A DNA stretch of 64,000 nucleotides from Alphaproteobacteria bacterium. Lineage in GTDB: Bacteria > Pseudomonadota > Alphaproteobacteria > Methylaequorales > Methylaequoraceae. The notes below the pieces were generated by a model. It did no database searches, was not told the DNA's origin, and worked only from the letters and a program-made list of their open reading frames with translations. Positions within the stretch are counted from its first letter, which is position 1, and every line of letters starts with the position of its first letter. Position numbers and translations under genes: made by a program. The stretch spans positions 72,910 to 136,909 of the forward strand of contig JBJKUS010000008.1 in the NCBI GenBank assembly GCA_045563025.1, given 5' to 3'. Shown here in pieces: positions 1 to 9,643 of this stretch.

Positions 1-484
1 TCATTGCTGTTTAATTCTAAGAAAGAACGATATACAAAATATTCAATTTTCAAAAGTCTGGTGGTATTATTACAAGAGATTTAACATTCGTGATCAATTA
101 CCATTTTCTATTAGTTCTTTGAAACTTAATGTTAAACCAAAATTATTTATCAACAAAAATTTAATTTACACTGAAAGACATTTACTTTCCTACAAGAAAA
201 AAAGGAGAAACATTAAGGCACTATCAAATATAATCAAACAATATAATCAAATCACAAATCATAATATAAATTTAACACCAGAGACATTAGTGTGGAGAAA
301 CTATAATATGTTGGCTGAGGATATTTAGCCACCCATGTCATCCGTTATCAAAACCTTAGTAATCACTAGTATTAAAAATCTCTAAATATTTTAGGCAATT
401 TGTTTGAATACTTTTAATACTCTTCGATAATTTAAAAATGTTTGATACGAGTGTTTGATAGAAAAATTTTATAAGTGTAAATTT

Positions 485-1303
485 TTACAAGAATTTTAAT
501 TCATAAAGTTTGAGTTTATTATTAATCTCTATAGAATGATGGTCACTATCAAGTTGTTCAGATATTTTTTCATAACAGAATGAGCACGCATCTTTTCTAT
601 TTGAGAATGAAGAAAACTTTTTAGCTTTGTGAAAGTTAACTTTAACTTCACTTGTACCCAATCCTAAGAATTTCCAAAGATGAGAAAATAGATCCATTCC
701 TCCAAACCAAGCTAAGAAGGGTCTATAAGATTTATTTAGTGGTAGTCCATCAAGTTTATTATAGGATAGTGAGACGGGCTGGATGTAAAAATCTTCTAGT
801 TTCTTTCTTTCAATTATCGAAAATAAGGAGCTCTTAAACCTGAGAACGTTAGATCCATCACTAGATGTTCCTTCTGGAAAAAAAAGTACATTGGAACCTT
901 TTTGAAGAGACTTTTCAATTAATGAAATTTGATTTCTTAATGATCTAATATTATTTCTATCTACAAATATCGTTTTTGCAATGGTACAAAGTTTATTAAT
1001 CATTGGCCATTTTTTAATTTCTGACTTAGCGACAAAAACTGTATTTATCAGTGATCCATATACTATTATATCAAGGTAAGAGATGTGATTTGAAACAAAT
1101 AAAGTGTTTCTTTTCTCCGGCAAACCTGAAACATTAACTTTAACTCCAATTATGTTTATTATACCCTTAAAAAAAATACTAAAGAAAAAAGAAAAAAATC
1201 TTTTAGAAAGTAAAGAAACAATTAAATAGATTGAAGAAATAAATAAAATCCATGGAATCAATATTGCTAGTCTTGAAATTGATAGTATTGGTGAGTAAAG
1301 CAT
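485..1303 (-). CDS. olsA: PlsC/LPLAT-family acyltransferase, OlsA-like (lyso-ornithine-lipid O-acyltransferase), copy 1
   Basis: 272 aa with N-terminal TM segments. Acyltransferase motifs NHISYLD (HX4D) and FPEGTSSDG. Its start overlaps the stop of the OlsB-like gene (TAATG). Roughly half the residues match 32573-33388 by eye. Confidence 0.7.
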   Translation of the reverse strand: MLYSPILSISRLAILIPWILFISSIYLIVSLLSKRFFSFFFSIFFKGIINIIGVKVNVSGLPEKRNTLFVSNHISYLDIIVYGSLINTVFVAKSEIKKWPMINKLCTIAKTIFVDRNNIRSLRNQISLIEKSLQKGSNVLFFPEGTSSDGSNVLRFKSSLFSIIERKKLEDFYIQPVSLSYNKLDGLPLNKSYRPFLAWFGGMDLFSHLWKFLGLGTSEVKVNFHKAKKFSSFSNRKDACSFCYEKISEQLDSDHHSIEINNKLKLYELKFL

Positions 1304-2253
1304 TAATGCATATTTTTTAAATATAATTGAGAGTATTTTTTTTGGATTTTTTTTGCTTCTAAAATAACCAGGACATCAGTAGTATTAAACTTTTTATCCA
1401 CAATTGCACCAGACCCTATAAATGCTCCAACTCTGATGTAAGCTTTAATCAAGGGGGGCAGCTTTCTAAACTCTTCATCAGAGTCGAGCAATTTTTTCTT
1501 AATTGGTTTAAAATTTACTTTTAATTGTTTTAGAGGGTTTGTTTTCAAATGATGTGGGGATGAATGAAAGTGTCTTAAGTATGAAAGTTGATTTCTAAAC
1601 AAATTATGATTACTTGAGGGGAAGCTTGCACAGCCAAAAACTATATCAACTTTATTTTTAGCAATATAAGTAGCAAGCCCCCTCCATAACAGTTTTATTA
1701 TTTTTCCATCCCTATAATTTTTATGAACGCATGATCTGCCTGCTTCTAATAGAGTTAAAGATTTTTCTTTAGTTAACTTAGAAATATTAAACTCTGTTTG
1801 ACTGTAGAATCTTTGTGATTTAACAAATCTTGGTTTTAAAAGTAACCTGTATGTTCCCACTACGTAATCATCAGAAATTGATTTGTCAATTGCGACTAAG
1901 TGGTCACATGATTTATCAAATTCATCTGAATCGTAATTATTTTTTTCTGATTCTCCAAAAAAACTTTCGTATCGTAGTTTCTTAACTTTGTGTATTAATT
2001 TATCTGTATCGTCAATTATTTTTAATTCAATAGAACCTTGATTGAAATTCAGTGTTCTCGAGTGGGTGGAAAAATTATTTTCAGTTTTTATTTTTCCTAA
2101 TAATCTAGAATTTCTAGACCAACTTCTTACATAAATTACGTTCTTAGCAACAAATTTAACTTTCTTTAGAATTATTTTAATTTTTCCAATTCTATTACTA
2201 AATCTTGGACTCTGCTTATTTTCTTGATTGTTTTTTTTTAATCGAAACAGCAT
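1303..2253 (-). CDS. olsB: GNAT-type N-acyltransferase, OlsB-like (aminolipid synthesis), copy 1
   Basis: 316 aa. Core DHLVAIDKSISDDYVVGTYRLLL...EAGRSCVHKNYRDGKIIKLLWRGL...FGCASFP is typical of OlsB/hemolysin-like acyltransferases. It is paired with a PlsC-like gene and is a paralog of 31637-32566. Confidence 0.7.
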   Translation of the reverse strand: MLFRLKKNNQENKQSPRFSNRIGKIKIILKKVKFVAKNVIYVRSWSRNSRLLGKIKTENNFSTHSRTLNFNQGSIELKIIDDTDKLIHKVKKLRYESFFGESEKNNYDSDEFDKSCDHLVAIDKSISDDYVVGTYRLLLKPRFVKSQRFYSQTEFNISKLTKEKSLTLLEAGRSCVHKNYRDGKIIKLLWRGLATYIAKNKVDIVFGCASFPSSNHNLFRNQLSYLRHFHSSPHHLKTNPLKQLKVNFKPIKKKLLDSDEEFRKLPPLIKAYIRVGAFIGSGAIVDKKFNTTDVLVILEAKKIQKKYSQLYLKNMH

Positions 2254-2305
2254 AGTTTGAAATAATTTTAACTATCGCTTTGTACTAGTTGGATAATGAA
2301 TATTT

Positions 2306-2334
2306 GTTTCAGTTTTATCAAATATTTATGACAA
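2306..2334 (-). promoter_or_regulatory. Candidate Pho box (three 11-bp-phased repeats) upstream of olsB-like copy 1
   Basis: In gene orientation the site reads TTGTCAT-AAAT-ATTTGAT-AAAA-CTGAAAC, about 52 nt before the ATG at 2253. It resembles the CTGTCAT-N4-CTGTCAT Pho box. The AT-rich background lowers specificity. Confidence 0.4.
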
Positions 2335-2385
2335 AAAAGTTTGAAGGGGAGGAAAGGCTTACTATTTGATTCTTGATTCACAAAT

Positions 2386-2403
2386 TTGTAACAAAATTAT
2401 AAT
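2386..2403 (+). promoter_or_regulatory. Pho-box-like repeats or -10 element upstream of 2416 gene
   Basis: TTGTAAC-AAAA-TTATAAT lies 12 nt before the ATG. The second repeat could simply be a TATAAT -10 box. Confidence 0.25.
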
Positions 2404-2415
2404 AAAAGATTAACT

Positions 2416-2964
2416 ATGGTCTCCATAAAAGCTGACAATGTAGACAAAGAAACAATTGGGATGCTGCGAACAATTCATCAAAAGCAAGTTCAATTAATCT
2501 CTCTAGCTGATCAGAAAGCTAACATACTTATGGGCGTAATCATAATTGGTCTCAGTATAATCGCAACTAATTTTTTTACATACGACTATCAAAATAATTC
2601 AAATATACAAAATTTTTTAATTTTGTGTTTTTCATTGTCAGAGCTAATTTCCCTATTCTTTGCTGTATGGGTCATTACACCAAGATTAGTAAAGGAAAAA
2701 AAAAATCAGGATATTAGTAAAAGTAAAAATCCTTTATTTTTTATGGAATCATCAAATATTAGCGAGGAGAAATATGTTAAGTATATGCTTGAACAAATTA
2801 AAAGTCCTAAGAGAGTATATGAATTATTGCTTATTGATTTTTATCAAATAGGCTTTGTTCTTAAAGAAAAATATAAATATTTAAGTATTTCGTATATGTT
2901 AGCAATTCTTGGAATTGTTCCTGCAGTTATTTTAATAATTTTAGTTTTCCTTAACAAAAGCTAG
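2416..2964 (+). CDS. Small integral membrane protein, possibly DUF5706 / Pycsar-effector-like (PycTM) family
   Basis: 182 aa. An N-terminal helix with LADQKANILMG is followed by two TM helices, a TPR loop, NPLFF...SEEKY, KEKYKYL and a C-terminal TM. The resemblance to DUF5706 is from memory only. Confidence 0.35.
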   Translation: MVSIKADNVDKETIGMLRTIHQKQVQLISLADQKANILMGVIIIGLSIIATNFFTYDYQNNSNIQNFLILCFSLSELISLFFAVWVITPRLVKEKKNQDISKSKNPLFFMESSNISEEKYVKYMLEQIKSPKRVYELLLIDFYQIGFVLKEKYKYLSISYMLAILGIVPAVILIILVFLNKS

Positions 2965-3193
2965 AAATGATTATTTAGTCAGAGAGATTTTACTATAATT
3001 CTTTTTATTTTAATTGTTGAAATCTTATTTTGTATTATTTATGAAGTTATTGAAAATTTCACTGCTAGTTGATTAAATGTTGTAAGAAAGGTTTAAAAAA
3101 TTTGTTTAACCTTGACTCATTTATGCCCGAGTCGGATCAGAAGTTGGACCTAAAGTATGAATGTTAATTGCGAAACTTTTTATTTATTAAAGA

Positions 3194-3709
3194 TTACAAA
3201 TCTTTAGGTTTTTTATAAAAATTTATTTTTGATACTGATTTATTAATCTCAGACCATTCTTTACACTTAAATCTTACATTAAAAAAAGCAGAAGTTGTAT
3301 ATTCTTCAATAGCATTTAGATAATATTTATTATTGCTACCACTAAAAAAATTCTCAATTGAAGTAGAAAGTAATGGCTCATGTGATACTACTAAAACCCT
3401 GTTTAGTTTTGCGTGTAACATAACCGTATCAAATATATTTATTCCTGATGAATGATATAGGTCCTCTAAATAATAGATCTTTGGGTTATTGGAAATTTTT
3501 TCTAATAATAGTTTTAACGTTTCTTTGGTTCTTCTCGACGGAGAGCAAAAAATCTCTTCAAATACTATTTTTTTTTCTTTTTTTTCTAAAAATTTCAATA
3601 TTTTTTCAGTTTTTTTTTTACCCTTCAATGAGATAGGTCTTGACATATCGTCTCCATCGAAATTAGTCCAATCTGACTTGGCATGCCTAATTAATGATAA
3701 ATTTAGCAT
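3194..3709 (-). CDS. sixA: Histidine phosphatase superfamily protein, SixA-like phosphohistidine phosphatase
   Basis: 171 aa with the RHAKS (RHG-type) catalytic motif at the N-terminus, SPSRRTKETL, and VVSHEP near the C-terminal half. Confidence 0.6.
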   Translation of the reverse strand: MLNLSLIRHAKSDWTNFDGDDMSRPISLKGKKKTEKILKFLEKKEKKIVFEEIFCSPSRRTKETLKLLLEKISNNPKIYYLEDLYHSSGINIFDTVMLHAKLNRVLVVSHEPLLSTSIENFFSGSNNKYYLNAIEEYTTSAFFNVRFKCKEWSEINKSVSKINFYKKPKDL

Positions 3710-3767
3710 AACGTGTAGATTAACAATTTAGGCGAAAATTTAAAAGATAAATTAAGTGATTTATTAC

Positions 3768-5222
3768 TTATTTTAATGTTTTAAGCGCTTCATTGATATT
3801 TCTTATCCCTCTTTCAATTGACTGACCACTAATTAAAACTTTTTTGTCTGAATGAATTAACTCCATTTTATTTTTTTTATTTATTTTAATTTCTATTTTA
3901 TTGAGCTGACTGTAATTAAGCCTTCCTGATATATGATGAAAAATCCTTAATAATTGACCTAGAATTCTACAATTTGATAATTTACGACTAGATATTTTTT
4001 TTGAATATGATGATACAAATTTATCTTTTATTGAATTAGAATATCTAAAATAAAGTATTAAAGATAAAATATATCTTTCTTCCCTTTTAATGTGATAAAA
4101 TTGATTGTATAAAATTCTCTCTAAAGCAAAAACTCTTCTATATTCTGGATGAACTGATGCTGAAATATTCGTCAACCAACAAGCAGCTTTAATTATCCTC
4201 TTGTTTATAGCAAATGGAATATTGGAGGAATCAAGCAATTTTAAAATATTTTTAACATCGTCTTTGCAAATAGTATCTTTAGCAATATTTTTGACATTTA
4301 AAAGAAACGGGTCATCATTTTTTTTTTTAATTAAATTGTAAAGCACGCCCTCTCGGACTCCGGTATTAGTAAAAAAAATTTTTTTAACTTCAGCAATTTT
4401 AACTAAATTCTCTAAAACCAGTATACTGTAAGGTATTATTTCTGCCCTAGACTTTGAAATTTCGTTCAAAAATATTTTGTTTACTTCACCACTTTTAACG
4501 AATATTTTATCTTTAATTTCAGATAAAAATATTTTTGCATCCACTTGATAATCTTGAATTGTCTTTAAATCTTGATTTTTGATTGACATATGTGCTTTTG
4601 CTAATGCTCTGAAAGAACCGCCAACGGCATAAAAGTTTTGATTTGGTCCAAGGCTTAAATTTTTAAAACTATTTTTAATATAATTTAAGACTTTTGCATC
4701 GGTTGATCTTCCAAGATTTCTTAAAACTAGATGACCAACACTAAGAGATTTAATAAATTTAATTTTCTTTAATTCATTTATATCTGTAAGCTCAAAACTT
4801 CCCCCACCAAAATCACCAACCAAACCAATCGGGTTTCTGTGGGAGAACAAAACACCTTTAGCTGATAAAATCCCCTCCTCTTCTTCAGAGATTATTTTTA
4901 TTGAAACACCTAGATTCCTCTCTAAAAAAGTTTTTATTTCATATTTATTTTTTGCAATTCTAAAAGCCGCTGAGGCAAAGATATGTATGTTTTCTTTTTT
5001 AAGGTTTTTACATAATGAAATAAATCTTTTTAATAAACTTAAAAGTTCTAAAGCTTTTCTTTCTTCAATAAACTCGCCCGAGTTAATCATTGAACCTAAG
5101 TTCAATGTATTTTTTTCGTTAAAAATAATTTGTGCAGAATATGAAATTTTTTCAAAAATTACTAATCTTATTGAAGAAGAACCAATATCTATAACTGCCA
5201 ATGACTTATTTTTTTTTTTCAT
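3768..5222 (-). CDS. ppx: Exopolyphosphatase / guanosine pentaphosphate phosphohydrolase (Ppx/GppA family)
   Basis: 484 aa. ASKHA-fold motifs DIGSSSIRLVIF, EEEEGILSAKGV and VGDFGGGSFEL. It overlaps the ppk 3' end by 17 nt. Confidence 0.85.
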   Translation of the reverse strand: MKKKNKSLAVIDIGSSSIRLVIFEKISYSAQIIFNEKNTLNLGSMINSGEFIEERKALELLSLLKRFISLCKNLKKENIHIFASAAFRIAKNKYEIKTFLERNLGVSIKIISEEEEGILSAKGVLFSHRNPIGLVGDFGGGSFELTDINELKKIKFIKSLSVGHLVLRNLGRSTDAKVLNYIKNSFKNLSLGPNQNFYAVGGSFRALAKAHMSIKNQDLKTIQDYQVDAKIFLSEIKDKIFVKSGEVNKIFLNEISKSRAEIIPYSILVLENLVKIAEVKKIFFTNTGVREGVLYNLIKKKNDDPFLLNVKNIAKDTICKDDVKNILKLLDSSNIPFAINKRIIKAACWLTNISASVHPEYRRVFALERILYNQFYHIKREERYILSLILYFRYSNSIKDKFVSSYSKKISSRKLSNCRILGQLLRIFHHISGRLNYSQLNKIEIKINKKNKMELIHSDKKVLISGQSIERGIRNINEALKTLK

Positions 5223-7324
5223 ATTTCTTAAGTAATGATCCTCTTCCAGATAGCGAAGGATTTTTAATAAAAAACTTATGAGCTGAAAAAGACTTATCTA
5301 TATTTTCTTTTAAATAATCTCCATTTGGCTTAAGTATCCAAGAATTATGGTTATCTTTTAAATAACTAGTCATAATTTGATTAAGAATTTGCTCGTGTAC
5401 TGTACCATTAGTTATGGGTATAAAAGTTTCTACTCTTCGGTCTAAATTTCTGGTCATCAAATCTGCAGAAGAGATAAATACTTTATTCTTTGGGGATGGC
5501 ATATTGAATCCGTTTGAGAAACAATAAACTCGACTATGTTCTAAAAATCGTCCAATAACACTCTTTACCTCAATATTGTCCGAAAAATTTTTAATGCCTG
5601 GTCTTAAGCCACAAATTCCTCGTACAATAAGCTTTATTTTTACTCCACTTTGAGAAGCAAGATAGAATTTATCAATAATTTCTCTGTCAATTAATGAATT
5701 AATTTTTATCCAAATTTCTGATGGCAACCCCTTTTGTTTGTTTTCAATTTCTTGCTGTATATAATTGTTTAGATCTTTTCGAAGAAGGTTTGGCGAATAA
5801 GAAATCAAGTTCATTTTTTCAGGCTTTGTATATCCTGTAATAAAGTTAAATACTTTCAATGCATCATCAGCTAACTTACTGTTGCATGAAAAAAAAGATA
5901 AATCTGTATAGACTTTTGCAGTAATTGGATGATAATTCCCTGTGCCAAAATGTACATAGGAAATAATTTCATTTTGTTCTTTTCTGGTAACCAAAGAAAT
6001 TTTGGCATGAGTTTTCCAGTTTACAAAACCATAAACAATATTAACCCCGGCTTTTTCTAAATCCTTTGCCCATTTTATGTTTTTCTCTTCATCAAATCTT
6101 GCTTTTAATTCAACGACGGCTGTTACAGATTTTCCTTTGTTGGAAGCTTTGATTAATGCCTTTACTATTGGTGAATTATCACTGGTTCTGTAAAGTGTTT
6201 GTTTGATTGAAATCACATTTTCATCAGAAGCTGATTGTTCAATAAAATTTACAACTACGTCAAAACTTTCAAAAGGATGGTGAACAATAAGATCTTTTTT
6301 TTTAATAGCAGAAAAACAATCACCATTAAAATCCTTTATTCTTTGAGGAAAACGGGATTTGAATTTTTTAAACTTAAGCTGCTCATCACTTTTCTCTACA
6401 ATTTCATTTAAGGAATTTATATCTAGTAGTGAATTAACCCTAAATATTCTCTTTTCATCTACTTTAAGTGACTTTTTAATAAACGCTAGCAACTTTTTTT
6501 CGACTCTTCCCTGTATATATAATCCAATTACCGCACCTCTTCGCCTTTTTTTTAAAGCAGTTTCAAAAGAAAGAATTAAATCTTCAGCCTCTTCTTCAAA
6601 TTCTATATCACTGTCTCTGATTATCTTGATAAGTGAAAAATTTATGAGTTTAAAATCAGGAAAAATAATTTTTATGTTACTTTTAATAATATCTTCGGCT
6701 TTAGCAAAGTTATTGGGTTTTGAAATTTTAAAAAATCTTTCAAGTTTTGGTGGAAAAATTACGAGAGAATAGGAAAGTTTGTTCATTTTATTTTTTAACG
6801 CACAAACCATTGTTATGCTTTGACTAGGAAGAAAAGGGAAAGGATGAGCGGGGTCTATCGCAAGTGGCGTTAATGAGGCGTAGATATTTTTTCTAAAAAC
6901 TTCTTCAATCTTTTTTTTTTCATTTTCAAATTCTAATTTAGTTTCTAAAATTTTAGTTTTTTTTAAACCTAATTCTTTTTTAAGTTTATCCCATACAGTC
7001 TGTTGTTTTTTTATAAGTAATTTTAGTGATTTAGTTACATCATTAAATTGTTGCCTAGTTGTTCTTCCATCATCAGTTCGCGTGAAAACTTTTTCTTTGA
7101 TTTGACGATATAAACCTGCAACTCTAACCATATGAAATTCATCTAGATTATTACCTGAAATTGAAAGAAATCTTAACCTTTCCATCAAGGGATTTTCCTA
7201 TGTTTTCTGCCTCACTCAAAACTCTTTCGTTAAAATCTAACCAAGATAATTCTCTATTAATAAAACGCCGGGGAGTGTTTTTAATTCTTTCATCGTAAAC
7301 AATTATAGTATTTTTTTTCTTCAT
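5206..7324 (-). pseudogene. ppk: Polyphosphate kinase 1 interrupted by a single-base frameshift (N-terminal 57-codon fragment 7151-7324 plus main ORF 5206-7188)
   Basis: The upstream fragment MKKKNTIIVYDERIKNTPRRFINRELSWLDFNERVLSEAENI runs out of frame. The main ORF continues ENPLMERLRFLSISGNNLDEFHMVRVAGL, matching the conserved PPK1 N-terminus. The frames join at about 7196-7200, where one extra G is apparent (ATA G GAA AAT). Confidence 0.8.
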
Positions 7325-7345
7325 ATTAAGCTAAACAAATCATTT

Positions 7346-7363
7346 CATATTTAATTATTACAA
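7346..7363 (-). promoter_or_regulatory. Weak candidate Pho box upstream of ppk
   Basis: In gene orientation the site reads TTGTAAT-AATT-AAATATG, 21 nt before the ATG at 7324. Only the first repeat is a good match. Confidence 0.25.
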
Positions 7364-7380
7364 ATTTTTTAAAATTTTCT

Positions 7381-8625
7381 TTAACTTTCTTTTAGTAAAT
7401 GAGTAAAACATAAGCAGACACCAATCATAAAAGATGCGGTTGTTAAGCTTAAAGCCAGACCCCCTAATTGATAAGTTAAACCTGATAAAAAAGTCCCAAT
7501 TAATCTTCCCGTTGCATTGGCCATATAATAAAACCCAACATCTAATGAGACTCTATTTTTATTTGAAAATCTCAAAATTAAATAAGAGTGGATTGAAGAG
7601 TTAATTGCAAAGATTCCGCAATAAATAAAAAGACCTAAAAAAAGAACTATCTTTACAAGAATTAATTCATTAAAAATTAGTATAAATACTGTTAAAAATA
7701 AAAGATTTAAAAATAAAAAAATATTCCATCTTTTTCCAATTTCCACTAGATTAACTTTTTCATTATTTTTTCTAAGAAATAACTTGGGGGTGTTAGCTTG
7801 AATAATTCCGTAAAGAATTATCCAGGTAGACATAAAACCTCCAATTATGTAAAAAGCCTTTTGGTTAGACTCCACAGTGCCATCAGAAAAAATACTATAA
7901 AAAAAAATAGGTAAGCTTACAACAAACCAAACATCACGGGCTCCAAACAAAAAAACTCTTGCCGCAGATAAAAAATTTATATTTTTAGATTTTGAAAAGA
8001 TATCAAAAAATTTAGTATTTTTATTTTTAATCAAAAGGTTATCTTTAAGTAAGACCAAAGTGCAAATCAAAATGACCATAATTACTAAAGCCATAAAAAT
8101 TAATGATGCAAAGAACCCAAACATTGCTAATAAAGCGCAACCAACGAGAAACCCCAAACCTTTAACTGCATTTTTTGAACCTGTTAACACTGCTACCCAT
8201 CTAAATAATCCTTCTTTATTGTTTGGAGCTAGAATTTTTACAGCCGATTTAGAGGACATTTTAGTCAAATCTTTGGCTATTCCACTTAAACCTTGGACTA
8301 CAAGTACGTAAAAAATTGAAAAATTTTGGCTCCAATTTTCATTTAATTGTGATAACAAGTAAAGTGAAACAACTTGTATTATTAATCCTGAATACAATGT
8401 GAACTTTAGCCCAAATTTAGAAGCTAACCAGCCAGCATAAAGATTCGTAAAAATCCCAGCTAACTCATAAAATAAAAATAAGGAAGCTAATTGAAGTGGA
8501 GAAAACCCATTTTGATGAAAATGAAGTAATACTAACATTCTTAATGCTCCGTCACTTAACATAAATGCCCAGTACGCTACTGTAACTATCAAATAAGAAA
8601 ATTGTTTTCTATTTAATGATTTCAT
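7381..8625 (-). CDS. arsJ: MFS transporter, ArsJ-like organoarsenical (1-arseno-3-phosphoglycerate) efflux permease
   Basis: 414 aa with about 12 TM segments. The N-terminal signature YWAFMLSDGALRMLVLLHFHQNGFSPLQLASLFLFYE matches ArsJ proteins as I recall them. It overlaps the upstream GAPDH gene by 4 nt. Confidence 0.65.
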   Translation of the reverse strand: MKSLNRKQFSYLIVTVAYWAFMLSDGALRMLVLLHFHQNGFSPLQLASLFLFYELAGIFTNLYAGWLASKFGLKFTLYSGLIIQVVSLYLLSQLNENWSQNFSIFYVLVVQGLSGIAKDLTKMSSKSAVKILAPNNKEGLFRWVAVLTGSKNAVKGLGFLVGCALLAMFGFFASLIFMALVIMVILICTLVLLKDNLLIKNKNTKFFDIFSKSKNINFLSAARVFLFGARDVWFVVSLPIFFYSIFSDGTVESNQKAFYIIGGFMSTWIILYGIIQANTPKLFLRKNNEKVNLVEIGKRWNIFLFLNLLFLTVFILIFNELILVKIVLFLGLFIYCGIFAINSSIHSYLILRFSNKNRVSLDVGFYYMANATGRLIGTFLSGLTYQLGGLALSLTTASFMIGVCLCFTHLLKES

Positions 8626-9620
8626 AATGAGTTGCTGACTAACTCACAGATATCAACCACTCTTTTTGCATAGGCAATTTCATTGTCATACCAAGCATAA
8701 ACCTTTAGCTGTTTTTTATTTATAACCATTGTTGAATTTGCGTCTATTACTGCTGATCTTTCATCATTAACGAAATCGGCTGAAACAAGAGGAGCCTCTT
8801 CGTATCCCAGAATTCCTTTTAAATAAGTTTGAGATGCTATTTTAAACAGTTCATTTACCTCGGATTCTGTAGTATTTCTTTTTAACTCAAAAACACAATC
8901 TGTTAATGATGAATTTAAAAGAGGGACCCTTACTGCATGACCATTAAGTTTGCCCTTTAATTCAGGATAGATTAGAGAAATTGCAGTAGCACTTCCGGTC
9001 GTTGTTGGGATCAAAGAGTTAAGAGAGGATCTTGACCTCCTTGGATCTTTCCCGGGTTTGTCAACTATAGTTTGTGTATTCGTTACATTATGAATTGTAG
9101 TAATTGAGCCATGAATTATGCCTATTTTATCATGAATTACTTTTACAATAGGTGCTAAACAGTTTGTGGTGCAGCTTGCCGCCGTTATAATTTTGTGAAT
9201 CGAATGATCATAAGTTTTATGATTCACCCCATAAACTAAATTTGCAACTTCTTTTTCCATTATTGGCGCAGACACGATTACCTTTTTAACACCGCCATCA
9301 AAGTATTTTTTTAATTTTTCTTGTGATTTGAATTTTCCAGTACAGTCTATAACAACATCTATTTCATCTAAATCCAAATCTTCTATTTTACTAAAATTTG
9401 TAAATGCCAAATTTACATTGTTGATTGAGATTGTTTTATCATCATTAGAGAAATTTGCGTGCCATCTACCGTGCACTGAATCAAACTCCAATAAATGGCG
9501 ATGAATCTTTATAGTTCCAACTGCATCATTAATCCATTTAATATGTAAGTTTTTTTTTAGCAGGAATTTTAAAACATATTTACCAATTCTACCAATTCCA
9601 TTTATTGCATATGTAGTCAT
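8622..9620 (-). CDS. gap: Glyceraldehyde-3-phosphate dehydrogenase (ArsJ-associated type)
   Basis: 332 aa with INGIGRIGK, the catalytic ASCTTNCLAP, and TTGSATAI...RVPLLNSSLTD. It is translationally coupled to arsJ. Confidence 0.9.
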   Translation of the reverse strand: MTTYAINGIGRIGKYVLKFLLKKNLHIKWINDAVGTIKIHRHLLEFDSVHGRWHANFSNDDKTISINNVNLAFTNFSKIEDLDLDEIDVVIDCTGKFKSQEKLKKYFDGGVKKVIVSAPIMEKEVANLVYGVNHKTYDHSIHKIITAASCTTNCLAPIVKVIHDKIGIIHGSITTIHNVTNTQTIVDKPGKDPRRSRSSLNSLIPTTTGSATAISLIYPELKGKLNGHAVRVPLLNSSLTDCVFELKRNTTESEVNELFKIASQTYLKGILGYEEAPLVSADFVNDERSAVIDANSTMVINKKQLKVYAWYDNEIAYAKRVVDICELVSNSL

Positions 9621-9643
9621 TGTCTAACTGATACATTTGAGTT

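Noticed and set aside
1-84. An open reading frame running in from the left edge (…SLLFNSKKERYTKYSIFKSLVVLLQEI*).
   Set aside because: Only 27 codons are visible. It cannot be identified or distinguished from chance.
119-328. A 69-aa ORF in the left-hand noncoding region.
   Set aside because: It has a TTG start, no SD and a low-complexity N/K/I-rich product with no recognisable domain. I treated the region as noncoding and flagged it as a finding instead.
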